Virus record (IMG/VR): IMGVR_UViG_3300021185_001015
Coordinates: 1-59,881 of that record
Length of the DNA: 59,881 bases
DNA from: a virus
Taxonomy: Duplodnaviria; Caudoviricetes
Strand: one strand, 5' to 3'
Shown here: piece by piece, positions 1-8,919 of the stretch
Numbering within the stretch: the stretch's first letter is position 1
Layout of the letters: every line of letters begins with the position of its first letter
Notes under the pieces: generated by a model
Seen by the model: the letters and a program-made list of their open reading frames with translations, nothing else
What the model was told of the DNA's origin: nothing
Databases searched by the model: none
Position numbers and translations under genes: made by a program

Positions 1-607
1 TGCCTTCACGCCCCTCCGCTGTGATGATAGATGAGTTAGCGTGATGTACTACTGATTTAGCAGTGCCTCGTGGCTTTACTTGTACTGCTTTGATACAACG
101 ATCTTCTGTGAGACCTGTTGGTACTAAGTGCTTGTGCCAAAGATCATTGCCGTTTGCAGGAATGTCAATAGCTACTGAAGGTATGATTGCATCTGGTAGT
201 CCGAAGTCGCCTTCGAAGTTCCATGCTTCTAAGTCTTTCATGGGAGGTGCTTGAACAATAGTATCTGCATCACCGTAGAGTGATCCACTGTTTACCCATG
301 CAACTACAGCATCGATATCTTCTTGTGCTAGACGCCAATCACCTTGTAAGTCTTGAATGCCGATACCGTGATCGTATGCATAAGGAGGCATTTCTCTTGA
401 TGCTACTTTCAATGCAATCAATGGTGCCCAAGGACGAACTTGTTCGTAAGTCTCAAAACTCATTGGGCCAATACCACCTTCACGATGACATACAACACAA
501 TTGTTGTTGATAATATCTGCTACTTCTGCTGTATAAGTTTGTCCGTTGACTCCACCTGCAACAAATCCTATTGCAAAAAATGTAATCATTGATAATAATT
601 TTTTCAT
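1..607 (-). CDS. Secreted c-type cytochrome with probable copper type II (PHM-like) monooxygenase domain; truncated by window edge
   Basis: Manual translation from ATG 607: MKKLLSMITFFAIGFVAGGVNGQTYTAEVADIINNNCVVCHREGGIGPMSF...REMPPY...KSVVHHANS. Signal peptide, CxxCH at 485-499, MPP (candidate axial Met) and VVHH. Open to base 1; AAGGTG RBS upstream. Not in the ORF track. Confidence 0.8.
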   Translation of the reverse strand, partial: MKKLLSMITFFAIGFVAGGVNGQTYTAEVADIINNNCVVCHREGGIGPMSFETYEQVRPWAPLIALKVASREMPPYAYDHGIGIQDLQGDWRLAQEDIDAVVAWVNSGSLYGDADTIVQAPPMKDLEAWNFEGDFGLPDAIIPSVAIDIPANGNDLWHKHLVPTGLTEDRCIKAVQVKPRGTAKSVVHHANSSIITAEGREG

Positions 608-639
608 AATACACCTTCGTTAGTTTAGTGAATGTATAC

Positions 640-647
640 TATTTATA
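640..647 (-). promoter_or_regulatory. T4-type late promoter TATAAATA upstream of cytochrome/monooxygenase gene
   Basis: Exact consensus in intergenic DNA, about 33 nt before the ATG and downstream of the gp23 terminator. Confidence 0.75.
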
Positions 648-692
648 ATACGAAAAAAATGTATTACTAGATTGTCACATTTTCTTACAGGC

Positions 693-718
693 AAAAAAAA
701 GGACTCCGAAGAGTCCTT
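693..718 (-). terminator. Rho-independent terminator after gp23
   Basis: GGACTC-TTCG-GAGTCC followed by T8; UUCG tetraloop typical of T4-like terminators. Confidence 0.9.
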
Positions 719-759
719 TCAAAAACGATACCTTTAGGTATTCTTTTTATTTTTGATGC

Positions 760-2022
760 TTACATCAAGTTAGATACTTTAACTTTTCTGTAGTACTGGT
801 TACGTGAAGCAGTGAATGTATCACCGTCAGTAGAACCATCAGCCTGTGTTACGTATGGGTTAGCAATCATGCCGTAACGAGTCTTGAAGCCGATCTTAGG
901 CTGGAAGGTGTTAGGGTCAATCGCACGAACCATTTGTAATGGAACGTATGGGCAGTAGAAGAGACCGGCGTCATATGCGCTAGTGCCTTTGTAGCCTGCT
1001 ACGTAGAACTGTGAAGCAGCACCAGTGTTGGCGCTGTATGGATCGATATACACTTTGTAACGACCGTTAAGAACACCAGCGAAAGTATTGCCAGTATCGT
1101 CAACATTGAGGTTAGTAGAAAGTGCAGGAGTGTAATCGAGAACGCCTGCCATTGCGAGGGCACTTGCAACGTCTGATGAACAGATGATGAAGTTACCTTT
1201 GCCTCTACGAGTGTCTTGTGCAATTACGTTAGCGTCACGCTCGATGTTGAACAACAAGCCTTTGAAACGCTCAACTGACCAACGACCGTTTGAGTCAACG
1301 TCAAGATCGAAAGTACCAGGAGTTGCAGTAGATGCTGCACCAGGCTTAGCGACTTTGTAGATTGTACGAATAACTTCACGGTTAATTTCAGCAAGAATTT
1401 CTTGTGAAAGAATGTTAGAAAGCTCTGACTCAGCGTCAAGACCATGAATTGCTTTGAGGTCTTGTGCGAGTTCTACAGTGTACTCAGCTTTCAATGCACG
1501 AGACTTAGCTGTAACAGTAGTCTTCTCGATTGAGAAAGCCATCTCGTTCAAAGTAGTTGTATCGCCGAAACCTTCAGCAGTTGCAGTAGAAACTGGAGTA
1601 CCAGTAGTATAAGAACCGTCAACTGGGTTTGAACCAGCGTGAGCGCCTGCACCAGAGAAATCAGTGTCTGCTTCGTTGAACAATGCTTCTGCACCAGTCT
1701 GGCTAGTGTAGTGTGACTTCATAGCGAAGATCAAACCAGTAGGACCAGTCATTGGCTGTACACCAGCAACGTCATATGCCATCAAGTTAGGCAGCGCACG
1801 ACGGACAAGGCTGATGAGGATTGGGTCGTAGTTATCGACAGAAGCGCCAGTTGCGTTAGCGTGAGTTGCTTCCATGATACCCTTCTCTTCACGAAGGGCT
1901 TTTTCTTGGTTTTCGAGAACTACAGCAGTTACCGCCTTCTTATACGGATCTGCGATTGGCTGCAGGTCAGCATGCTCGAGGACTGGTGCCCACTTGCTCT
2001 CAATTTGCTCTGAAAGATACAT
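760..2022 (-). CDS. gp23: Major capsid protein
   Basis: Motifs GVQPMTGPTGLIFAM, KSRALKAEYTVELAQDLKAIHGLDAE, FQPKIGFKTRYG. Confidence 0.98.
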   Translation of the reverse strand: MYLSEQIESKWAPVLEHADLQPIADPYKKAVTAVVLENQEKALREEKGIMEATHANATGASVDNYDPILISLVRRALPNLMAYDVAGVQPMTGPTGLIFAMKSHYTSQTGAEALFNEADTDFSGAGAHAGSNPVDGSYTTGTPVSTATAEGFGDTTTLNEMAFSIEKTTVTAKSRALKAEYTVELAQDLKAIHGLDAESELSNILSQEILAEINREVIRTIYKVAKPGAASTATPGTFDLDVDSNGRWSVERFKGLLFNIERDANVIAQDTRRGKGNFIICSSDVASALAMAGVLDYTPALSTNLNVDDTGNTFAGVLNGRYKVYIDPYSANTGAASQFYVAGYKGTSAYDAGLFYCPYVPLQMVRAIDPNTFQPKIGFKTRYGMIANPYVTQADGSTDGDTFTASRNQYYRKVKVSNLM

Positions 2023-2067
2023 TTAAGTCTCCTTGTTGTTTCAGTTTTGTTTTTATAATAACAGTAC

Positions 2068-2075
2068 TATTTATA
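2068..2075 (-). promoter_or_regulatory. Late promoter for gp23
   Basis: TATAAATA in gp22-gp23 intergenic region. Confidence 0.85.
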
Positions 2076-2086
2076 AAAAATTAATA

Positions 2087-3262
2087 TTAGAACTTAGTTG
2101 ATTTTGAAATTGCTTGAGCATACTTAGACATAACTCCAGTAGTTACTTCGTCGGCTGCTTCAAATGTGTCCTCAAGTTTAGCTTCAGTAACTACATTCTC
2201 TTTCGGGAAATAGTTTTCTTTAACGACTTGAAGTTTTTGCTCATATGAATCCATACCTGTATAAGTAATGTCTTCGACTAATGTTGCAAATTTTTCTGCT
2301 TCAGTAGACGCTAGGCCTTCTGAGATCTTAGCAAATACTTGTTGCTTCTTCAAACTAACTGACTCTTCTTTGAGAGCCATATTGTTCTCAACTTCTTCGT
2401 CTAGTCTAGAAGCGAGGCTGTCAATTTGAGCTTGCATTTCAGCCATTACATCGTACTTTTCTTCAGGTACTTCAATGTAATGCTCTGAGAATACTTGCTG
2501 TAGTCCTTTGATAAATGACTCAGTTACTTCAGTACGAATGCCGCTTTCAATAGCGATTTGATTTTCTGACATCCAGTTTTCAGTAACGTAGCTGAGGTAC
2601 TTATCAACATTTTCTACCATTTGCTCTAACTGTGATTCAAACTCTACGTTTGCAGCTTCAGTTAGCTCTTCTTCAATCTGTGCAATTTCAGCACTAACTC
2701 GTGAAGTAACAACAGCTTCGAATACTTCGGCTGCTTTTACTTTGAATTCTTCTGTGAGATGATCTTCGTCTGCAAAGAGAGCCTTGAGATCAGCTTCAAA
2801 AAGAGCAGCTTCTTCTACAGAAACTTCATCTTCTTCAGCAATTTCTTCTGCTTCTTCGTCTACCGCTTCTTCTTCAGCAATAACTTCATCAGTTACAACT
2901 TCATCTTCAACAATAACTTCTTCTTCTGCATCAGCTTCAACTTCTTCTTTCGCAACATTTCCAGCAGATGCCTTCTTCATTACGTCAGTTTCGCTTGGCT
3001 TGTCATTAGTGAAGTTAGAAGGAGCCTCTTTAGCACCAGCACCCTTTGGCAAAGTGTTATCTTTGCTTTCTTTTCCTGCTGCTGCCTTGCCCACAGGTGA
3101 AGTCAAGCCGCCTTCTGCATTGCCAGTACCACTAAGGTCTTGCATTTCAGGATTAGCGTTTGAATCTCCTTGAGTAGGATTAGAAGCATCACCTTGTTGC
3201 TTATCTTTAGGACGATTTGCAGCGCCCTCCATAAGCTCTCGGATTTTGGATTCTACACCCAT
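2087..3262 (-). CDS. gp22: Prohead core scaffold protein
   Basis: Acidic protein with LTEEFKVKAAEVFEAVV and VDKYLSYVTENWMSEN; synteny between gp21 and gp23. Confidence 0.93.
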   Translation of the reverse strand: MGVESKIRELMEGAANRPKDKQQGDASNPTQGDSNANPEMQDLSGTGNAEGGLTSPVGKAAAGKESKDNTLPKGAGAKEAPSNFTNDKPSETDVMKKASAGNVAKEEVEADAEEEVIVEDEVVTDEVIAEEEAVDEEAEEIAEEDEVSVEEAALFEADLKALFADEDHLTEEFKVKAAEVFEAVVTSRVSAEIAQIEEELTEAANVEFESQLEQMVENVDKYLSYVTENWMSENQIAIESGIRTEVTESFIKGLQQVFSEHYIEVPEEKYDVMAEMQAQIDSLASRLDEEVENNMALKEESVSLKKQQVFAKISEGLASTEAEKFATLVEDITYTGMDSYEQKLQVVKENYFPKENVVTEAKLEDTFEAADEVTTGVMSKYAQAISKSTKF

Positions 3263-3304
3263 GTTTATTCTCCTATTTCGGTTGTATTACTATGTTCTGA
3301 TATA

Positions 3305-3312
3305 TATTTATA
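3305..3312 (-). promoter_or_regulatory. Late promoter for gp22
   Basis: TATAAATA intergenic. Confidence 0.8.
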
Positions 3313-3316
3313 AAAA

Positions 3317-3976
3317 TTAAATTTTCGATAACTTGGTTAAGAAGCTTTCAAAGACTTCTAGCTTAACAGCTTCAAGTTCTTTAGTGCTTGCAGCTCTAAT
3401 CATAGCCTTTGATTCTTCTAGTTCTTTCTCTTGCCAAATACCGTTCACAAATGTCCACTCTTTATTCTCCATGATACCTTGAACATAAGCATCAGGAGCT
3501 GAAGGATCGGCAACAATGTCAGCAGCAGTAGCTAACATGAAGTCTTCTTGCACTTCATTAATACCATTTCTTTCTTTTAGTGAACCCAATCCACGAGAGC
3601 TAACGCCTAAGCTCGCACCCTCGTCAATAAGTTCTTTAACAATACGACCCATAGGTGTATCAAGAATCTTTGCTCTACCGATGTAGTTATCGCCATCTTC
3701 TTTGAGACCAACAATCATATGAGAAACACGGTCAAGATTAACTGTAGGACCGTCTGGATGTCCTAATTCACCGTATGCTCTCTTCTTATCGATAGATTCT
3801 TTTGTATAACGAGCAACCTCTTTCTGCATCACTTCTTTAGGATACATTCTACCATTACGGTTCTTGAGGTTTGACTGTAAGAAAACACCTTCGATAAAGT
3901 GTGACTTCTTACCAGTCTCTTCGTTAAGTTCAGAGATATATTTAATCTCTTCTGTGACTTCTTTTATTAGTTTCAT
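3317..3976 (-). CDS. gp21: Prohead protease
   Basis: NRNGRMYP, GELGHP, GVSSRGLGSL, DIVADPSAPDA. Confidence 0.97.
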   Translation of the reverse strand: MKLIKEVTEEIKYISELNEETGKKSHFIEGVFLQSNLKNRNGRMYPKEVMQKEVARYTKESIDKKRAYGELGHPDGPTVNLDRVSHMIVGLKEDGDNYIGRAKILDTPMGRIVKELIDEGASLGVSSRGLGSLKERNGINEVQEDFMLATAADIVADPSAPDAYVQGIMENKEWTFVNGIWQEKELEESKAMIRAASTKELEAVKLEVFESFLTKLSKI

Positions 3977-4365
3977 TATCCTAAGTCTCCGTCAGCGCCT
4001 TGATGCTGTTGTGAACCGTAACCGCTAACTTTAGCCACCTCAACAATGATAGTTCCGTGTCCATTATTAAAGTTAATTACGATGTCAGCATCATTTTGTT
4101 CTGTGTCAGAAAATCCATGAAAATCTAATTCTCCACTTCCGAACAAGTCCCATATCACTACACTGTCTCGTGTGATAGTTATGTCTGCGTTCTTGTCTGT
4201 TGACCAAAAAATTCTTTTAATATTTGCTACAGGTGAAGACTGAGTTTCAGAATCTTTCTTTAGCGTTGTAGCCAGGGCAATAGTGGCAGAGTCATTGTTT
4301 TCGCCGTGAACTTTTACGACCCCTTGGACCTGTGTTAATTTTAGAACAGTAGTGACTGCTGCCAT
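3976..4365 (-). CDS. Hypothetical head-region protein
   Basis: 129 aa beta-rich ORF with RBS, coupled to the gp21 start. Confidence 0.75.
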   Translation of the reverse strand: MAAVTTVLKLTQVQGVVKVHGENNDSATIALATTLKKDSETQSSPVANIKRIFWSTDKNADITITRDSVVIWDLFGSGELDFHGFSDTEQNDADIVINFNNGHGTIIVEVAKVSGYGSQQHQGADGDLG

Positions 4366-4378
4366 TTCTTATCTCCGA

Positions 4379-4792
4379 TTAGTTCTTTTTGTTTACTAAC
4401 TTATCTGTGGCTTTCATGATGCCAGCTTTTCTTTTTACAGCACCTTTATCAAATGTGTCTGCCAAGCTAGAGTTTGTCTTTTTATCAGTAGCAGAACGAG
4501 TTTCTTTAGCATCTCTTTCAAACTCTTTGCCCATTCGTACCCGACTACCGTAGCTAGTAGTTGCTTTCTTAATGTAAGAACCTAAAGTCTTCTTAGAAAT
4601 CTCTTCAATCTCTTCGACTTCTTCTTTCATTTTCTTTTTTCCGCACGAGCTTTCTTCGACAGACTTGTGATCACAATCGCAATCTTCTTTAGGGTTCTTA
4701 GGGTCACATCCACACTCGCTACATGTCTCTTCGCTATATGCTTCTTTTTCGTCTGCTTCTACGCCTTCTCTGAAGTTTTTAAACGTCTTCAT
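4379..4792 (-). CDS. Prohead core/internal head protein (gp68 position) with Cys cluster
   Basis: Likely start MKTFKNFRE (resembles the T4 capsid-targeting sequence); CSECGC...CDCDH; EEIEEISKKTLGSYIKKA; synteny. Confidence 0.65.
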   Translation of the reverse strand: MKTFKNFREGVEADEKEAYSEETCSECGCDPKNPKEDCDCDHKSVEESSCGKKKMKEEVEEIEEISKKTLGSYIKKATTSYGSRVRMGKEFERDAKETRSATDKKTNSSLADTFDKGAVKRKAGIMKATDKLVNKKN

Positions 4793-5039
4793 TCTCGTCT
4801 CCAATAGTTTCAGGTTCTGCGGCAGGATCTACTTCTAGTACATGCTCTTCGCCGTCTGCTAAACCCATCGCTTGCATATCTGGATTCTTAAAAACTGACT
4901 GTGCCAATTCTTGTTTGTAGTCATTGACTGCATCGCTTGCACGATTCATCATAAGATCGTTGAACTTAGTCTGAACTTCTGCACTCTTGCCCTGTGCCAT
5001 GCTGTCTAACATATCTCTTATTGCTGCTTGCTGATCCAT
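4779..5039 (-). CDS. gp67: Prohead core protein (gp67-like)
   Basis: Small acidic helical protein directly after the portal gene. Confidence 0.65.
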   Translation of the reverse strand: MDQQAAIRDMLDSMAQGKSAEVQTKFNDLMMNRASDAVNDYKQELAQSVFKNPDMQAMGLADGEEHVLEVDPAAEPETIGDENEDV

Positions 5040-5041
5040 AA

Positions 5042-6598
5042 TTATTCTCCTGTGTCAACTGGAGCCGCATCTTGCGCCTCTTGATCTTGTTGTGCCATAT
5101 TCATTTGATGCTGTTGATCTTGTGTTATAAAAGGTTGCTCTAATGCCAAATCACTTTCTATTTGAGAAATCTCTTCGTCAGTGAGCATTAACACATTGCG
5201 CTGAACATATGATTTACTGAACAGAGTACCAATGTAACTAGCCATACCGTTCAATACTTCAACTCTGCTTCTTAATATTTCTTGATTCTTTGATTCTGTA
5301 TAGTAAGCATCTTGTGCAAACTTATAAAACAAATCATCTTTAATATCATTCCAGTCTTCTTCTGTGATAATATTTTTGAGAAGAAGTTGGGTCTTCAACA
5401 AGTCATCAAACATAACTCCAAACTTTGTTCTAAGTCTAGACACAAACTTTGTGAACTTTAACTCGTCTCTATTGATTTCAGCAGAACGACCAAAGTTTAG
5501 GCCTGCTTGCTGTTCTAATCTAGAAACAGGAACATTTAATGACTGATAGAGTTTCTTTTGAAAGTAAACTACATCTTCAATCTGTCCTAAGTTTTGTCCT
5601 GCAGGCAATGTATCGATTGAAGTACCGCTACTGCCTTCTCTACGTGGTAACCAAAAGTCTTCCAACATAGACATAAACTTCTTATCATCACGGACTTCAC
5701 CTGTACTAGCATCGTATACTAGTTTGTTACGGTAACGATCCATGATATCTTTGAGATACTGTTCTGCTTTATTAGTAGGCAAGTTACCTACGTCAACATA
5801 GAATATTCTTCTTTCAGGAGCTCTCGTAATCCTATAAATGACTACGGCATTCTCCATCATTCTAAGTTGATTGGCAGGACGAATAGCTTTATGTAGATAA
5901 GATAAAGCAATATTCTTATCTTGATCTACTAGCCCAGAGGGTACATATGTGATAGCATCTTTAGTAATCTTTAGAGCATTATCATTCATAGGAGCTTTGT
6001 ATTGTGCTGCTCTTTGTGACATGCCTTTCTCATTGAAAATATAAAACTCTTCAACGCTTTTGACAAACTGTATGCCTTGCTCGTTCTTTTCTTTCTTTAC
6101 TTCTTTGACCTTAGTAATCTTACGTGGGTCAATGTAACGGATATCTCTAATGCCTTTTCTGGGATTAGCAGTATCAATTACTTTATGGAAATACAGACGT
6201 CCGTCAATATACCAACGTCTAAAATAATCGTGAGACCTGTTCTTGAAATCAAGCATCTCAACTATGTTTTCAAACTCATCTTGAATTTGTCGTTTCACCG
6301 CTTCAGAAACTTTCAACTTATCTGTGTCTAATGTCACAGGGTCTTCGTCATCTAAATTAGCAATCGCATCGTCAATGATATCTTGTATTGCAGTATCAAC
6401 ATCAGCCATCAAAGATATATCTCTATATCGCTTGATTAACTCTGCTTCGTTATTTGCAATACCTTCGATATCGAGATACGTGCCGTAATAACCACCAGCA
6501 CGTATACTCTCTACACCGCCCTCATCAGAAGGAGCCACGAAAGACTTTTCGGTCTTAGGCGGCTGCTCCCTTGAGATGTTAAACCCAAATATATTCAT
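5042..6598 (-). CDS. gp20: Portal protein
   Basis: YRITRAPERRIFYVDVGNLP, MLEDFWLPRREG, LYQSLNVPVSRL. Confidence 0.98.
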   Translation of the reverse strand: MNIFGFNISREQPPKTEKSFVAPSDEGGVESIRAGGYYGTYLDIEGIANNEAELIKRYRDISLMADVDTAIQDIIDDAIANLDDEDPVTLDTDKLKVSEAVKRQIQDEFENIVEMLDFKNRSHDYFRRWYIDGRLYFHKVIDTANPRKGIRDIRYIDPRKITKVKEVKKEKNEQGIQFVKSVEEFYIFNEKGMSQRAAQYKAPMNDNALKITKDAITYVPSGLVDQDKNIALSYLHKAIRPANQLRMMENAVVIYRITRAPERRIFYVDVGNLPTNKAEQYLKDIMDRYRNKLVYDASTGEVRDDKKFMSMLEDFWLPRREGSSGTSIDTLPAGQNLGQIEDVVYFQKKLYQSLNVPVSRLEQQAGLNFGRSAEINRDELKFTKFVSRLRTKFGVMFDDLLKTQLLLKNIITEEDWNDIKDDLFYKFAQDAYYTESKNQEILRSRVEVLNGMASYIGTLFSKSYVQRNVLMLTDEEISQIESDLALEQPFITQDQQHQMNMAQQDQEAQDAAPVDTGE

Positions 6599-6627
6599 TC
6601 TAAATCAAATCCTTTTCACGCTACGAC

Positions 6628-7143
6628 TTAAATATTGTCGTAATGTGCGTATTGGAAAGTCACTGTAAATTCTTCAATTATATCGTTTTGTGCGTACTGT
6701 AATGCAATCTCAGACATCTGAATTGGGAATGCGTCTCGAAGCACATAAGTACCTCCACGTAAAACCTCATCGTTTCTGTCTAGGTGTTGTACAGTAATAT
6801 CTGCCTGATAATCAGATGGTTGTATAATACCATCATTACCAGCAGTTCCGTTCATACCTTCCATCCATTGTTCAAAAGGACGACGGAGTGATTGACCAGA
6901 ATCATTGACAATAGTGATTGTCCACGGATCAAAGATTCTCTCGCCTGCTAACTTTACTTCACGACCTCTGTACTGAAGAATCGCTGGGTTAACAGTAGAA
7001 GCAGGAACCGCAGCTCCTGTAACCAAAAGGCTATTTGAAACATCGACACCAGTTACATAACTTGGGAAGCCTAGCAAGACCCTAAATTGATTGGGTCTTG
7101 CACCTCCTGCGCCTAGTCGAGCCTTAAACTCTGAAATATTCAT
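6628..7143 (-). CDS. gp19: Tail tube protein
   Basis: GGARPNQFRV, YRGREVKLAGERIFDPWTITIVND, IEEFTVTFQY. Confidence 0.96.
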   Translation of the reverse strand: MNISEFKARLGAGGARPNQFRVLLGFPSYVTGVDVSNSLLVTGAAVPASTVNPAILQYRGREVKLAGERIFDPWTITIVNDSGQSLRRPFEQWMEGMNGTAGNDGIIQPSDYQADITVQHLDRNDEVLRGGTYVLRDAFPIQMSEIALQYAQNDIIEEFTVTFQYAHYDNI

Positions 7144-7167
7144 TTAAATCTCCTGTTTACTTTTTTT

Positions 7168-7175
7168 TATTTATA
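7168..7175 (-). promoter_or_regulatory. Late promoter for gp19
   Basis: TATAAATA intergenic. Confidence 0.8.
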
Positions 7176-7178
7176 AGC

Positions 7179-8849
7179 CTAAGCGCCAACTTCTTCAAAA
7201 GCAATACCAGTTCTGGTAGCAACGAAGTTGAGTTGAATGAAGTTGATTGACTTCGCTGGCTGAATGAAAATATCAGCTACAAATTGATTCGAATCAACTA
7301 CCTGTGAAGTGTTATTTGTTTCGTCACACACAACACGGAAGTCGTAAATACCTCTGCGACCTTGAACATCACGCAAGAATGGTTCAACCAAGTTCTTGAA
7401 TTGTGCCCTAGTAAACGCATCGTTGAATTCAAACAACTGGAACTTAGCTGCTGTAGCGATTGATTTTTCAAGTGTAATAAACAGTCTACGAACATTGATT
7501 CGATCAAATGCACTTGGCTTTTCAAGCAAAGTTTTGTCGCCGAACAATACAATACCTGAACCAGGGAAGCCAACAACAGGGTTCACGCCTGATTTGTAAA
7601 GCGCATTACGGTCAGTCTTGTTTGGAGAGTAAGCTAGTTTGACTGCATTCTTGATTGCACCACGATTGTATCCTGCAGGTGAGAACCAAGGATCTGCTAT
7701 GTCATCTGTAGAAGCACACAGGCCTGCAATGTCGCCATTACAAGGAACCCATACATACTGATCGTAGTAACGATTGTACATGTACTTCCAACCAGAATCA
7801 AATACTGCAAAAGAACTTCTAGTATAAGAGCCGACTTCAGCAACAATCGCAGTTGCTTCAGAACCTACGTTATCAAGAACAGATGTTGCTGCTGGTGAAA
7901 CAAATACCATACAGTCTTTACGAATTTCTGCAACATTATCGATGACGTAATCACCAACAGTAGCAGAAGCTGCGCCGACAAAGATTAAGTTGACATCTAC
8001 AAGCTCGTCATTTGCAAACAATGCAAAAGCTGTTTGAAGATCAGCGTCATCAGTAGTGCCGTTAGCACCTAGTGTTAATGTAACAGTTGATTCGCCAGCA
8101 GTTGCGTCACTAGTATATGCAACACTGTTAGACAATGTGCCCCAGTTATTTGCTATATCTGCAGGATGACCTGTCCACCAAACATACTGCGATCTTTGAT
8201 TGATTACAGTTTTGTAGTAGTTTGAACGACCAACTGAATCTGTAGCATCAGATGCTTTTGAGACGCCTGCAAATTTCTCAAGAATAGTACCAGCAGTTCC
8301 TGTGAAGTAACCACCCGCATCAATTACGATAATATGCATTTCATCGTTAGAGCCACCGGCAGCAGTTACATATGTTGAAGCGCTTGGAGCGTAATCAAAC
8401 TGATCCTTGTACGCCCAAGTAGCAAAATCCGCAGAATCTGCAAAAGATACTTGTAATGAATTACCAATTGAGCCAGGATATTTTGCTGCCCACATACCGT
8501 TAGCAAAAGATGCTGTGCTATTGTACTTATCTTCGTTTTCGATTAGTACGCCAGCAGTTGATCCTGCATTTAGTGCTGCACTTTTATCAATAGCACGAAC
8601 TATTTTAAGTGTGCTAGTGTAAGCTAGAAATGAAGCAGCAGTAAACCATTCTCTGTAAGTAGTACCAGTGATTGGTGGAAGACCAAATCTAGATACTAAC
8701 TCATTCTCTGAGCTAATAGTCACTACTTCATTTGCTGGACCCCAAATAAAGTCTCCGGCAGTGCCGCCTATTGAGGCACCAACTGCTGGGACTACTGATG
8801 TGAGGTCTCTTTCTGTTACCTGGACTCCAGGTGATAGCTGAAAAGCCAT
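7179..8849 (-). CDS. gp18: Tail sheath protein
   Basis: LSPGVQVTERD, PWFSPAGYNRG, FDRINVRRLF, SINFIQLNFVATRTG. Confidence 0.98.
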   Translation of the reverse strand: MAFQLSPGVQVTERDLTSVVPAVGASIGGTAGDFIWGPANEVVTISSENELVSRFGLPPITGTTYREWFTAASFLAYTSTLKIVRAIDKSAALNAGSTAGVLIENEDKYNSTASFANGMWAAKYPGSIGNSLQVSFADSADFATWAYKDQFDYAPSASTYVTAAGGSNDEMHIIVIDAGGYFTGTAGTILEKFAGVSKASDATDSVGRSNYYKTVINQRSQYVWWTGHPADIANNWGTLSNSVAYTSDATAGESTVTLTLGANGTTDDADLQTAFALFANDELVDVNLIFVGAASATVGDYVIDNVAEIRKDCMVFVSPAATSVLDNVGSEATAIVAEVGSYTRSSFAVFDSGWKYMYNRYYDQYVWVPCNGDIAGLCASTDDIADPWFSPAGYNRGAIKNAVKLAYSPNKTDRNALYKSGVNPVVGFPGSGIVLFGDKTLLEKPSAFDRINVRRLFITLEKSIATAAKFQLFEFNDAFTRAQFKNLVEPFLRDVQGRRGIYDFRVVCDETNNTSQVVDSNQFVADIFIQPAKSINFIQLNFVATRTGIAFEEVGA

Positions 8850-8907
8850 ATTATTTCTCCTCGTTAAAAAAAATCAGACAACATTTTTATTGTTTGTTTC
8901 GTCTGAT

Positions 8908-8915
8908 TATTTATA
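8908..8915 (-). promoter_or_regulatory. Late promoter for gp18
   Basis: TATAAATA intergenic. Confidence 0.8.
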
Positions 8916-8919
8916 ACTT

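Noticed and set aside
63-510. Plus-strand ORFs 63-254 and 280-510
   Set aside because: Antisense shadows of the minus-strand cytochrome c gene, which has an RBS, a promoter and recognisable motifs.
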